DNA of 64,000 nt from assembly GCA_958296065.1 (NCBI GenBank), contig CATQHX010000078.1, forward strand, positions 73,045 through 137,044. Direction: 5' to 3'. Every line of letters begins with the position of its first letter. Position 1 is the first letter of the stretch. A program made the translations under genes and the position numbers. The notes beneath the pieces were generated by a model. That model saw nothing but the letters and a program-made list of their open reading frames with translations. It ran no database searches and was not told the origin of the DNA. This document shows, piece after piece, positions 1 to 12,045 of the stretch. Source of the DNA: Vicinamibacterales bacterium. Lineage in GTDB: Bacteria > Acidobacteriota > Vicinamibacteria > Vicinamibacterales > UBA8438.

Positions 1-1198
1 CGAGCCGCTCTTCAGCGGCCCGGATGGCTTCGGCTATCGGAGGTACTTCGTCGAGCCGTGGCTTGCGTGCCACGTGCACGTTGATCAGAACCTGGGGATA
101 GATGCGCAGCCCGCTCACCAGGTCGGCGAGTTCCATCCCGCTCTCCGCGACGATCCGCAGCATGGACAAAGCCGTCCCGAGTCCGTCTCCGGTCGGCAGG
201 AGGTCGGAGAAGATGACGTGACCCGACTGTTCACCGCCGAGGCAGACGCCGCGCCGCTCCATCTCCGCGTGCACGTGAGCGTCCCCGACCGGACACCGGT
301 GGAGCGCGATGCCCGTCTCGCGCAGCGCCGACTCGAGCCCGAAGTTGCTCATCACGGTCGCCACCACACCACCGCCCGCCAGCCGACCGGACCGCTGCAG
401 ATGACGGGCCGCGACGAACAGAACGCCGTCTCCGTCGATGATCCGGCCGCTGCCGTCGACCAGCACGACCCGGTCGCCATCACCGTCGAACGCGAAGCCC
501 AGTCGGCACCGCTGCTCGACCACCGCCGCCTGCAGCGCCTCGGGATGGGTCGAACCGCACCCCTCGTTGATGTTGCGGCCGTCCGGTGCCGCGTGCAGCT
601 CGACCGCGGAAACGCCCAGCCGTCCCAGCACGCGGGAGGCGATCCCGCTGGTCGCACCATGGGCGCAGTCGATGGCGATCGGCAGGCCGGCCACGGGAGC
701 ATTCCCCACAACGTCGATCAGGTGGTCGACGTAGGCCTCGAGCACATCCGCCTTCTCCAGCAACGGCCCTTGCACATCCGGCACCGAGCCCGCCGCGCGC
801 AGGCTCGCGACCCGTGCCTCGAGCCTGCGCTCGAGGCAGTCGGATGCCTTCGCCCCGCTCGACTGCAGGATCTTGATTCCATTGTCGGGATACCGATTGT
901 GGGAAGCGGAGATGGCGACACCGGCATCGAAACCATGGCTCGCCACGACGACGGCGACCCCCGGCGTGGGCATGATCCCGATATCCACAGGCGATCCGCC
1001 TCGCGCCCGTACCCCGGCGGCGAACCGCTCCTCGACCCAGCCGCCGGTATCCCGCGTGTCGCGCCCGCAGGCGATGCGGGGTGCGCCGCCCAACTCCTCC
1101 GTCAGGGCCGCACCGACGCAGGCGATGGTGACTCCGTCGAGCGGCGGGGTACCGGGAACGCCGCGCACGCCATCGGTGCCGAAAAGGACGCTCGACAT
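1..1198 (-). CDS. glmM: Phosphoglucosamine mutase (3' end runs off the window)
   Basis: Manual translation from the ATG at 1198 gives MSSVLFGTDGVRG...ISASHNRYPDNGIK (catalytic Ser loop) and AIDCAHGAT; gene follows cdaA-cdaR. Confidence 0.92.
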   Translation of the reverse strand, partial: MSSVLFGTDGVRGVPGTPPLDGVTIACVGAALTEELGGAPRIACGRDTRDTGGWVEERFAAGVRARGGSPVDIGIMPTPGVAVVVASHGFDAGVAISASHNRYPDNGIKILQSSGAKASDCLERRLEARVASLRAAGSVPDVQGPLLEKADVLEAYVDHLIDVVGNAPVAGLPIAIDCAHGATSGIASRVLGRLGVSAVELHAAPDGRNINEGCGSTHPEALQAAVVEQRCRLGFAFDGDGDRVVLVDGSGRIIDGDGVLFVAARHLQRSGRLAGGGVVATVMSNFGLESALRETGIALHRCPVGDAHVHAEMERRGVCLGGEQSGHVIFSDLLPTGDGLGTALSMLRIVAESGMELADLVSGLRIYPQVLINVHVARKPRLDEVPPIAEAIRAAEERL

Positions 1199-1347
1199 GC
1201 AATCGACAACTGGCTTGGGAAGACCGTGCGCCCGAAAGTCCGCTCGCGGAACACCGACCCGGCGTTGTCCGCACCAGCACCGGTGGCGGACACGCAAACT
1301 CCCGGCCGGCGTCGTCCGCGTCACCGTTCGCGGCGCAGACTGCTAAC

Positions 1348-1383
1348 GCGCCGAAACGCCTCGCGGGCTCGGCGTTTCGGCGC
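1348..1383. terminator. Perfect 13-bp stem-loop between cdaR and glmM
   Basis: GCGCCGAAACGCC-10 nt-GGCGTTTCGGCGC; no clear U-tract. Confidence 0.45.
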
Positions 1384-1389
1384 AGACTC

Positions 1390-2304
1390 CTAGCGCACGG
1401 TAACGGTTACCCGCGAAGGGTCGATGTGCGTTACGCCGATGCCGGCGCTACCCACGATGCTGACGGGCAGATTGTAACGGCCGGGCTGGAGCCCCGCAAG
1501 ATCGACGAACGCCTCCAACCCCGTGTCCGCGAGGGATTCCACTCGGTCTTGCGGGCCGCGTACGCCGACCGTGATCGAAGGCGGCTCGATAGACGCGGCA
1601 CGAGTGCCGCCGTCCGTCTGCACCGGCACGGAACGCAGGACACGCTCCGTCGGCGCAGGCACGATCTCGACGGTCACCTGCGCCGAGCCGGGAGTACGGA
1701 GCCGGACCATGGGGTCGGCGGCCCCAACGGTCACCGTTGCCTGTACGCGGCCGGATGCCCCCTCTATCGACACCGGTTCGGTCAACGCCTCGGTCAGGCC
1801 GGCAAGGCGGCTCTCCGGGCCTACCACCTGCACGGTCGCCGGCGTGGTGCTGATTCGACCGACCGCAAACCCCTCAGCCGGTCGACCCTGAATGTCGGGC
1901 ACCACCGTCACCGCTCTCGGCGCGCCGACGGATTCGAGCGAGACCGTGATCGTCGCGGGAAAGACCTGCGTCACCTCGACACCGAACGGGACCCGTACAC
2001 GCCCCGCGAACATGTCGAACAGGCGGCGGCGCCCCGGACGTTCTCCGGCCAGATCGATGGCCGCTACCACGTCGCCGGGTTGCAGGCCACTCACGATGTT
2101 GGCTGCTCCACGCACCCGGACACGGACGTTGTCGGGCAGGTCGCCGCCCACGTGCAGGAGCTCCGGTACGTTCTCGAAGCCGAGCGGCACGTCAATCCCG
2201 CGCTCGACCACCGGCTGACCCGCCACCTGGAGCCAGAACACCACGGCCAGCGCCAGCGCCAGCAGCTTGAGCCCGAGGTCGCGCATGACCAACTGGCGGA
2301 ACAT
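1390..2304 (-). CDS. cdaR: CdaR/YbbR-domain diadenylate cyclase regulator
   Basis: N-terminal TM (LKLLALALAVVFW) and repeated YbbR-like beta domains; overlaps the cdaA stop (TGATG). Confidence 0.85.
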   Translation of the reverse strand: MFRQLVMRDLGLKLLALALAVVFWLQVAGQPVVERGIDVPLGFENVPELLHVGGDLPDNVRVRVRGAANIVSGLQPGDVVAAIDLAGERPGRRRLFDMFAGRVRVPFGVEVTQVFPATITVSLESVGAPRAVTVVPDIQGRPAEGFAVGRISTTPATVQVVGPESRLAGLTEALTEPVSIEGASGRVQATVTVGAADPMVRLRTPGSAQVTVEIVPAPTERVLRSVPVQTDGGTRAASIEPPSITVGVRGPQDRVESLADTGLEAFVDLAGLQPGRYNLPVSIVGSAGIGVTHIDPSRVTVTVR

Positions 2305-3107
2305 CAGAAGTCGCTCCCGACCGGACGTCCCCGGCGTGCCGGCCGTACCAGCGTCTCGAGCCTCGCCGCGAGACGACCGGCGTCGAGGTCGCGGTCGATC
2401 TGCCCGTCGACCGCAAGGGACACCGTGCCGGTTTCCTCGGACACCACGAGCGCGACGGCATCCGATTCCTCGGTCAGTCCTATCGCCGCGCGGTGGCGCG
2501 TGCCGAGTTCCGTGCTCTGGGGACTGACGGTCAGCGGCAGGAAACAGGCCGCGGCCGCAATCCGCTCGTCCTGAACGATCACGGCACCGTCATGCAGCGG
2601 CGACTCGGTCTGAAAGATGCTCACCAGCAGATCGTAGGTCACCCGCGAGTCCAACGGGATTCCGCTGTCGACATAGTTGCGAAGGCCGATCGCACGCTCG
2701 ATGGCGATCAGCGCACCGACCTTCCGGCTGGCCAGCAAGCCCGCAGCCGTGACGATCTCCTCCATCGTCTCGTCCGTCGTTGCGCGACGCGTGAAGTAGC
2801 GAAAGGCGGGAGCGCGACCCAACCTCGACAGGCCACGCCGGATGTCGGCCTGAAACAGCACGATAGCTGCGAAGACGATGTAGCCGAACATGTCGCCGAT
2901 GATCCAGCGCACCGTCCGCAGCGTGGCGAGCTCGGAGGCGTAGTAGAGGCCGACGAGCAGCACTCCCCCGAAAACCACCTGTGCCGCGCGGGTGTGACGG
3001 ATCAGCTTGAGAAGCTCGTAGAACAGGAAAGTGACAACCGCGACGTCCAGCACGTCGCGCCAGCCGACGCGAACGCCGAGCATGCTTCCGATGACATCGA
3101 ACACCAT
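2304..3107 (-). CDS. cdaA: Diadenylate cyclase CdaA/DacA
   Basis: Three N-terminal TMs; LHDGAV (DGA) and GTRHRAA (RHR) motifs. Confidence 0.93.
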   Translation of the reverse strand: MVFDVIGSMLGVRVGWRDVLDVAVVTFLFYELLKLIRHTRAAQVVFGGVLLVGLYYASELATLRTVRWIIGDMFGYIVFAAIVLFQADIRRGLSRLGRAPAFRYFTRRATTDETMEEIVTAAGLLASRKVGALIAIERAIGLRNYVDSGIPLDSRVTYDLLVSIFQTESPLHDGAVIVQDERIAAAACFLPLTVSPQSTELGTRHRAAIGLTEESDAVALVVSEETGTVSLAVDGQIDRDLDAGRLAARLETLVRPARRGRPVGSDF

Positions 3108-3108
3108 G

Positions 3109-4026
3109 TCAGCCCCAGCGGTCCGTCATCTGCGGAACGGCCGACTCCGCGCTGTCCGGTTCCCTTCCAGCCGCCGCCCGAATCGCGTCCGCCACCCGGA
3201 CGACATCCACATGCGCGGCTACCCGGTGCACGCGTACGATGTGCGCGCCGAGGCATACGGCCGCGGCGACGGCGGCCGCCGTACCCCATTCCCGCTCGGT
3301 GGGTCGACGGTCACCGAGCGCGGCGGTCAGAAACGACTTGCGGGACGGCCCGATCAGGATCGGTCGGTCCAGGCTTCGAAGCAAGGGCAGGTCCGCCAGC
3401 GCCGCAAGCGTTGCATCGGCACGCTTGGCGAACCCGAGACCCGGGTCCACCACGATCTGCTCGCGCGGAACGCCTGCCGCGACAGCCCGATCGACGACGT
3501 TGCGCAACTCGGCCGTCACCTCCGAAGCGACGTTGCGATAGCTCGCGTGCCGGTACATCTCGCGTGAGATGCCCCGGTTGTGCATGAGCAGCACCGGCGC
3601 TCCGGCACCGGCAGCTACCCTGGCGAGCGCCGGTCCGGCCGCGAGTCCGGAGACGTCGTTGATCATCGCCGCGCCGCGGTCCAGTGCCGCCCGCGCGACC
3701 TCAGGCTTGTACGTATCGATGGAAACAGGCGCTCTCACCTGCCCGGCGAGCCGGTCCAGTACGGGCAGGATCCTCCGCATCTCCTCTTGCGCCGGCACTT
3801 GCTGCGCGCCGGGGCGCGTCGATTCACCGCCGATGTCGAGAAGATCCGCCCCTGCTTCTTCAAGCGCAACGGCCCAAGCGGCAGCCAGCCCGGGGTCCAT
3901 GGTCACGCTGCCGTCGGCGAATGAATCGGGCGTGACGTTGACGATGCCCATGACCAGGGTTCGCATCCCCAAGGCCAGGGTACGCCCTCCGGGCAGTGCG
4001 AGCGTATACCGCGTCCTTGGCGTCAT
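3109..4026 (-). CDS. folP: Dihydropteroate synthase
   Basis: MGIVNVTPDSFADG, DIGGESTRPG, DPGLGFAK, SRKSF, IVRVH motifs. Confidence 0.96.
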   Translation of the reverse strand: MTPRTRYTLALPGGRTLALGMRTLVMGIVNVTPDSFADGSVTMDPGLAAAWAVALEEAGADLLDIGGESTRPGAQQVPAQEEMRRILPVLDRLAGQVRAPVSIDTYKPEVARAALDRGAAMINDVSGLAAGPALARVAAGAGAPVLLMHNRGISREMYRHASYRNVASEVTAELRNVVDRAVAAGVPREQIVVDPGLGFAKRADATLAALADLPLLRSLDRPILIGPSRKSFLTAALGDRRPTEREWGTAAAVAAAVCLGAHIVRVHRVAAHVDVVRVADAIRAAAGREPDSAESAVPQMTDRWG

Positions 4027-4102
4027 CCTCGATTCGGAACGAACGACAACCGCCGGCCTTGCGCAGATTGGCGCTGGACGTGGGGGCCGGACGGGTAAGG
4101 CC

Positions 4103-6024
<1,922 letters not shown>

Positions 6025-6028
<4 letters not shown>

Positions 6029-7440
6029 CCGAGACCTCCCGTCTTCACGATCTTCAAGGTTACCACGCCTTCGTCCGTGTCGATCATTCGTGCGCCCTCC
6101 GACACCGCGTGCCCTGCCACCCAGACGATGCCAAGGTGGTCGTCGACCACGAGCGGAACGATCCCGCGTTGCTCGCGCGGCACCTTGCGATCGACGAAGA
6201 AGTCCTGCAGTTTCTTGCTGCGCCCGCCCAACCCGAGCGGACGAAACACATCGCCGGGACGCCAGCTCCGCACCGTCAGCGGCAACGAGATGCGCGCTGC
6301 CGGCAGTGCAACGACGTCGCCACGGGCGACGAGCCGGGCCGGCCGCCCGCCACGCGCGGCCGCGATGCGCAGACCCGCCTCGACAATCTCCACCTCACCG
6401 GGCGCGGTCAGCGGGTACTGGAAACCTTCACCGACGACCCCCGGCGCCGCACGGCCGGGCCGGCGCCGAATTCGCAACGTCGACCCGGATCGCTCGACCC
6501 TGCAGCCGGGAAAGTCCGCGGAGGCCGGAGCGGTGCCACCTGCGTCCGCCAGGCGCCGGAGACGCTCGACGTGATCGAAGCCGACCCCTCGTTCGCCGAC
6601 CCGCTCCAGGGCCCTCCGGGCGACGCGACGCGCGATAGCGGGCGGTTCGGCTGTCAGCAGCGCGGCGTCCATATCCAGGCCGCCCTCTGTACATTGGACG
6701 ATCTTGTCCGCCATTGCGTTCGCCGCAACCTCGATCCAATCGTCGTCGTCCCTGGCGATCGCCGCACCGCGGGCAAGAACGTCGGTGATCGCGGGCGAGA
6801 AGTGCTCGGCCAGGAATGGAATCAGCTTGTGCCGCACGCGATTGCGGAGGACACGCTCGTCGCGGTTGCTGGCATCCTCCCGATGCGACAGGCCGCGCAG
6901 GCGGAGGTACTCGCGCAACTCGCTCCGGCGGATATCGAGCAGTGGACGCACTACTGCGCCGATGCGCGGGCGGATGCCGGCCAGGCCGGCCGGCCCCGCA
7001 CCTCGGATCAGTCGCAGGAGAACGGTCTCTGCCTGATCGTCGCGCGTGTGGGCAGTCGCCACGAGATCGGCGGCTCCCTCTCGAACCATGCGCTCGAACA
7101 GCTCGTACCGGATCCGGTGCCCGGCCGCCTCGACGGAAATCCGCTCGCTGCGGGCCCGCGCCGCCACGTCGACACGCTCGACGATGATCGGTACACGGAG
7201 TTCCCGGGCGAGTTGCCGGCAGAACGTCTCGTCATCGTCCGCCGACGCGCCTCGCAGGCCGTGGTTGACATGCAGGAGCCCCGCTACCGACCGGTCCGTT
7301 TCCAGCACTGGCTCGCACAGCAACGCGGCGAGGGCCACCGAGTCGCCGCCGCCGGAGCATGCCACGAGGACACGAGCGTCCCGCGGAATGAACCGGTCGC
7401 GGTCGATGGATTGCAGGACGCGGTGCGACAGCGTGGACAC
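6025..7440 (-). CDS. tilS: tRNA(Ile)-lysidine synthase
   Basis: SGGGDS PP-loop, [20 protein letters not shown] motifs. Confidence 0.95.
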
Positions 7441-7462
7441 AGTGCTCGCTCGAAGTGCCAGT

Positions 7463-8116
7463 TCATATGCCGGCCATGCGCCTCACTCCATCCCGGAACA
7501 CCTGGAAGCTCACCGACCGGTTGCTGTTCACGTCCATGTGCGGCGCGATTCTCCGTGCCCAGTCACACTTCGCCCTGCCTGCGGCCGGGTAACCGGCGCT
7601 CGTGAGTTGCGGGGCTCCGCCCGGGTGAACGGCGTCCGCGAGAACTTCCCACGTGCCGCAAATACTGTCCTGAACGTAAGCACTCAGAACCGTGTCCCTT
7701 GCGTTGGGATAGGCGGCCTTCAGTGCGCCCCGATCTCCCAGCAACCATGCCTCGCCCTCTTCGATCGCAATCCTGAACAGCGTGCTCGGCCGCGGCCTGC
7801 AAGCGTTCAGTACGCCGACCAGCTCCCGTTTGAAGGCCGCGCAGTTCCTGTTGTCGAGGTCCACGACGATGACGACGCAGTCACATCCATGCCGCAGACT
7901 TCGCCCATACCCACGCAGCAGTCTGGGAAGCTGGTTCAGCAGAAGTCGTTTCCGCGGATCCGGCACGGCGCGCAAGTTCCTCGGTATCCGGCCAATGCCC
8001 TTGTAGGGATACAGCTTCCAGGAATGGGCCTGCCCGTTCTCGCCCAGAATCTTCTCCAAGACGATATCGAGCGCGATACTGCCGGATTTGTCTTCGATCA
8101 ATACCTCGAAATGCAT
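7463..8116 (-). CDS. DUF4276-like TOPRIM-fold protein (putative nuclease partner of the upstream ATPase)
   Basis: LIEDKSG (TOPRIM Glu), VVDLD (DxD), IAIEEGEAWLLGD; 4 bp downstream of the ATPase. Confidence 0.7.
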   Translation of the reverse strand: MHFEVLIEDKSGSIALDIVLEKILGENGQAHSWKLYPYKGIGRIPRNLRAVPDPRKRLLLNQLPRLLRGYGRSLRHGCDCVVIVVDLDNRNCAAFKRELVGVLNACRPRPSTLFRIAIEEGEAWLLGDRGALKAAYPNARDTVLSAYVQDSICGTWEVLADAVHPGGAPQLTSAGYPAAGRAKCDWARRIAPHMDVNSNRSVSFQVFRDGVRRMAGI

Positions 8117-8120
8117 CGGT

Positions 8121-9416
8121 CTACTTCCTATCCAGATACTCGCTGTACCAGAGACCGCCGAGCGGCAACCCTTCCGTCACCATGGAGCTGACCACCTCGT
8201 CGTCACTGGCTCGACACACCGCGGCGAAACCGTCGGCCTGCTTTTCCAGAATCCATGTCTCGTCCGGCTTCAGCGCGTCGACGAAATACGGCTGGTGCGT
8301 CGTGACGAATATCTGTGGTGCGTTCTTCTTTCCCGTGGCATGCTCGCGAAGCTCCTCGGCCAGGATCTCCAGCAACTTGTGGTACAGACCGTTCTCCGGC
8401 TCCTCGATGCAGATGAACGGCGGCGGCTCCGGATCCTCCAACATGAGCAGGTAGGCAAAAACCTTCAGCGTCCCGTCGGACATCTGTTGCGCATAAAAGG
8501 GATCGCCGAACCCCTTGTCGTTGAACCGCAGCAGCAGTCGTCCATCCGGACTCTGCTCCGTGTCGATCCGGTCGATGCCTGGGATCCTCCCTGCAATACG
8601 ATTCAGGATGCCCTCGAATCTCTCCGGCTGCTCACGCTCCATGAACTGCACGACGTTGCCGAGGTTGTCACCGTGAACGTTCAGATGCTTCTGCGGCCCA
8701 GCCAAGGGCAGACTTCGCGCGGCGTCTGGAGTGAAGTAGCTCAGGTACCACCCTTCGACGAACTGGCGAAACGACGATATTCTCGGGTGCTGTTTCAAGG
8801 CTCCGAGGGTCGCGATGCCGAGTTTGCGCCTGTCCTGCAGCTCCACGATCTCGGTTTCCGCACTCTCTTCTCCGACCACTCTTCGTGCGATCTGGTCAAT
8901 CAGGGATTCCAGGACGATCTTCATCCCCTTGGCCTCGTCGATCTGTCGTCCCTGGGCGTCTCCTCTCCAGGCCAATCCCCGGCCATCGTTCATCATGAGG
9001 AACGAAAATGGCCGTCCGTGTCTCTGTCCCTTGCGGCGCTGGCGAAGGCGCTCACCGGAAACATAGGGCCGCCCCGTATCGTCCCGGTCAATCGCCAGCT
9101 CGTAGGTGATGGGCCGAGCCTTCGGTTCTTCTCTGTAGTAGACCTCGAATTCAATCGGGCCGTCGCCGCCCTGTGAGCGGATGCGCTCGAATCCGCCCCG
9201 GCCTCCAGCGTCGCACGCCTCCTCGACCCCCAGCTTGAGGCAGTCCGCGAGAAACCCAAAGGCGTCGAACAACGAACTCTTGCCCACCCCGTTCTTCCCG
9301 ATCACGACGGACATCGGCGTCAAGGGCTGAGCACGCTGCGTGTTCCACAGCTTGCCGAGTGTCAGGTCCTTCAACACGCGGTAGTTCGCGATCCGGATTC
9401 CCTCGATTTTCGCCAC
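8121..9416 (-). CDS. ABC-type (AAA_21/AAA_15) ATPase, defence-associated
   Basis: GTG start with GAGG SD; GKNGVGKS Walker A, MSDGT signature, IEEPEN Walker B, TTHQP H-loop. Confidence 0.88.
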   Translation of the reverse strand: MAKIEGIRIANYRVLKDLTLGKLWNTQRAQPLTPMSVVIGKNGVGKSSLFDAFGFLADCLKLGVEEACDAGGRGGFERIRSQGGDGPIEFEVYYREEPKARPITYELAIDRDDTGRPYVSGERLRQRRKGQRHGRPFSFLMMNDGRGLAWRGDAQGRQIDEAKGMKIVLESLIDQIARRVVGEESAETEIVELQDRRKLGIATLGALKQHPRISSFRQFVEGWYLSYFTPDAARSLPLAGPQKHLNVHGDNLGNVVQFMEREQPERFEGILNRIAGRIPGIDRIDTEQSPDGRLLLRFNDKGFGDPFYAQQMSDGTLKVFAYLLMLEDPEPPPFICIEEPENGLYHKLLEILAEELREHATGKKNAPQIFVTTHQPYFVDALKPDETWILEKQADGFAAVCRASDDEVVSSMVTEGLPLGGLWYSEYLDRK

Positions 9417-9497
9417 TGCGTCGATTCCTCGCGTCGACCTGCCCCATGTGGTCCTTCCCGCACGGCCGGAAGGCGCCTCCGTTTCGTCGTCGGGTCG

Positions 9498-9526
9498 AGA
9501 GTACAGTTCAGCGCAGGCGTTCGCAA
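9498..9526 (-). promoter_or_regulatory. Putative sigma70 promoter of the ATPase gene
   Basis: TTGCGA-17 bp-TACTCT on the minus strand. Confidence 0.45.
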
Positions 9527-9628
9527 GACATAGGGTGCCCGGTCCGACGAAGCGCAGCAGGGCGCACGGCCCCCGCGCACGTTGGGGCAACAGTCAGCGG
9601 CGCCGCCGGCCGGGGCGAGGGAAAGAGG

Positions 9629-9705
9629 TGGTGCCGGTGCAGGGACTTGAACCCCGGACCTAGCGGATATGAGCCGCTTGCTCTAACCATCTGAGCTACA
9701 CCGGC
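9629..9705 (-). tRNA. tRNA-Met(CAT), most likely elongator
   Basis: Cloverleaf GCCGGTG...AGCGG-CTCATAT-CCGCT...TTCAAGT...CACCGGCACCA; TATAAT about 13 nt upstream. Confidence 0.93.
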
Positions 9706-9811
9706 ATGGGATCCAGTCATTATACGTCAGTCCGCTCCGCAAACGCCGCCCATCGGCACCCATGGGCGGGCGAGCCCACGGGCGCAGGAGGCGCGGAAAC
9801 GCGCGACCGCC

Positions 9812-10855
9812 CTACAGGATCAGCATCGAGTCGCCGTAGCTGTAGAAGCGGTAGCGCCGGTCGACCGCCTCGCGGTACGCGGCCAGGATCGCGTCCCGGC
9901 CGGCCAGCGCGCACACCAGCAACAGGAGCGACGAACGGGGCAGGTGGAAGTTGGTCAGCAGACCGCCGACGACCCGGAAATCGAAGCCGCCGTATATGTA
10001 GAGGTCCGTCTCTCCGGTAGCGGGTTCGAGCCGACCGCCGTGGGCGCGGGCAACGGCCTCCAGGGTGCGGGTGGTGGTGGTGCCGACCGCAACCACGCGA
10101 CGGCCCTCGTCGAGGGCCCGGTTGACCCCTGTCGCCGTGGATTCCGGCACGGCGTACCGCTCGGGCGCCACCCGATGCGCTTCGACCTCATGCGTCCGCA
10201 CCGGCTCGAAGGTGCCGTACCCGACATGCAGGGTGATCGCGTGGCGCTCGACGCCGCGCGCCCGCAGCCGATCGAGCAGCACCGGAGTAAAGTGCAATCC
10301 GGCGGTCGGGGCCGCCACGGAACCACGCGCGGCCGCAAAGACGGTCTGGTACCGTTCCTGATCGACGGGCCTATCGGCCCGCTTGATGTAGGGCGGCAAC
10401 GGCACGTGTCCGATGGCGTCGATGGCGGCATCCACATCGCCGCCGTCCGCGGCGAGCCGAATCGTGCGCCGTCCGTGATGGTGACGGGCGAGCACCTCCA
10501 GCTCCAGCCGGTGGCCGCCGGCCGCGAATACCGCTCGCGAGCCGATCTTCAGCTTCTGTCCAGGATGGACGAGGGCATCCCAGCGCTCCCCATCCAGCCG
10601 CGCCAGCAAGAGGCACTCGACGGCGCCGCCGCTCGGGTCGCGGCGGCCGAGCAGCCGCGCCGGCACGACGCGCGTGTCGTTGACCACGAGCACGTCGCCC
10701 GGTTCCAGCAACGTGTCCAGGTCAGCAACACGATGGTGCGAGCGGGCTCCGGTGGCGCGGTCGAGCCGGAGCAGGCGCGCCGCGTCCCTCACCGGCAACG
10801 CTTCCTGGGCGATCAGCTCGGCCGGGAGCTCGTAATCGAAGTCCGACAGGCGCAT
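9812..10855 (-). CDS. queA: SAM:tRNA ribosyltransferase-isomerase
   Basis: MRLSDFDYELPAELIAQ, PLPPYI, AAPTAGLHF, VGTTTTR, TNFHLPRS, FYSYGD motifs. Confidence 0.97.
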   Translation of the reverse strand: MRLSDFDYELPAELIAQEALPVRDAARLLRLDRATGARSHHRVADLDTLLEPGDVLVVNDTRVVPARLLGRRDPSGGAVECLLLARLDGERWDALVHPGQKLKIGSRAVFAAGGHRLELEVLARHHHGRRTIRLAADGGDVDAAIDAIGHVPLPPYIKRADRPVDQERYQTVFAAARGSVAAPTAGLHFTPVLLDRLRARGVERHAITLHVGYGTFEPVRTHEVEAHRVAPERYAVPESTATGVNRALDEGRRVVAVGTTTTRTLEAVARAHGGRLEPATGETDLYIYGGFDFRVVGGLLTNFHLPRSSLLLLVCALAGRDAILAAYREAVDRRYRFYSYGDSMLIL

Positions 10856-10873
10856 GGACGAGACGGGCGCGCC

Positions 10874-11905
10874 TCAGGTCGCCCAGCGCAGCAGCACCGC
10901 GCCGACGGTGAAGCCAGCTCCTACAGAGGCCAGCAGGACCCGCGCCCCCTTCTCCAGGCGGCCCTCGCGCCGCGCATCCGCCAGCGCCAGTGGAATGGTC
11001 GCTGCCGTCGTGTTGCCGTACCGCTCGATGTTGATCACGACCTTGTCCCGGTCGACCCCGAGATGCTCCGCGGCGCTCATGATGATGCGCCGGTTCGCCT
11101 GATGCGAGACGAACAGGTCGACGTCTCCGGCATCGAGTCCGTTGGCGTTGAGCACGCGGTGGCAGATCTCGGTCATCTTGCGGACCGCGAACTTGAACAC
11201 GGCGGGACCATCCTGATGCACGTAGTGAAGACGTCCGTCGACGGTCTCGTGCGACGCGGGCCGCAGGCTGCCGCCGGCCGGCATGCACAAGGCAGGACCG
11301 CCGCTGCCGTCGATCTCGTGCGCGAAGTCGACGATCCCCGGCTCGTCGTCCGCGGCAGGGGACACCACCACCGCTCCGGCGCCGTCGCCGAACAGCACGC
11401 ACGTCGCTCGATCCTGGAAATCGATGATGGACGACATCACGTCGGCGCCGATAACGAGCGCGTGGTCGTGCGCACCGCTGGCCACCATTTGCGCGCCCGT
11501 GGTCAGCGCGAACGTAAAGCCGGAGCACGCGGCCCCCAGATCGAAACCCCATGCGTTCGTGGCGCCGATCTTGTGCTGCACGAGGCAGGCCGTGCTCGGA
11601 AAGAACATGTCGGGTGTCGTCGTGGCAACGACGATGAACCCGATCTGCTCGGGGGCCACCCCCGCTTCGGCCATCGCCGCGATCGCCGCCTCCTTGCCGA
11701 GGTCCGACGACGCAACCCCGTCGTCGACGATATGCCGCTCGCGGATGCCGGTGCGCTTGAGAATCCACGCGTCCGTCGTGTCGACCAGCTTCTCGAGGTC
11801 GGCGTTCGTAAGCAAGCGCGGAGGCACGTACGTGCCCAGCGACGTGACCTTGACACGCCGCCGCGCGCCGTTCCCATCGAATCGCCCACCAGTTCCGTTC
11901 GCCAC
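10874..11905 (-). CDS. fabH: Beta-ketoacyl-ACP synthase III (start approximate)
   Basis: AACSGF, FGDGAGA, HQAN, GNTTAA catalytic triad. Confidence 0.93.
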   Translation of the reverse strand: MANGTGGRFDGNGARRRVKVTSLGTYVPPRLLTNADLEKLVDTTDAWILKRTGIRERHIVDDGVASSDLGKEAAIAAMAEAGVAPEQIGFIVVATTTPDMFFPSTACLVQHKIGATNAWGFDLGAACSGFTFALTTGAQMVASGAHDHALVIGADVMSSIIDFQDRATCVLFGDGAGAVVVSPAADDEPGIVDFAHEIDGSGGPALCMPAGGSLRPASHETVDGRLHYVHQDGPAVFKFAVRKMTEICHRVLNANGLDAGDVDLFVSHQANRRIIMSAAEHLGVDRDKVVINIERYGNTTAATIPLALADARREGRLEKGARVLLASVGAGFTVGAVLLRWAT

Positions 11906-12045
11906 TCGCTCTTCGTCCTTGTCTCCGGCATCCGCTGCCGGTGTGCCTGGCCCGCGCCCGCCCTGGCCCGGCACTGTCGCCTTGCGGCGCCGGTTGTCGC
12001 CCAACCAACCCTACAGGAGTCCGCGCCGTTCCACGGCGCCAACTC

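Noticed and set aside
7441-9628. Integrative element or prophage at tRNA-Met
   Set aside because: No integrase and no duplicated tRNA 3' end seen.
9629-9705. tRNA(CAT) as tRNA-Ile2 (the TilS substrate) or as initiator tRNA
   Set aside because: It has G4-C69/G5-C68 and U38 rather than the C4-G69/C5-G68 and A38 of E. coli Ile2; it has a paired 1-72 and no triple G-C anticodon stem, so it is not fMet. Elongator Met fits best.
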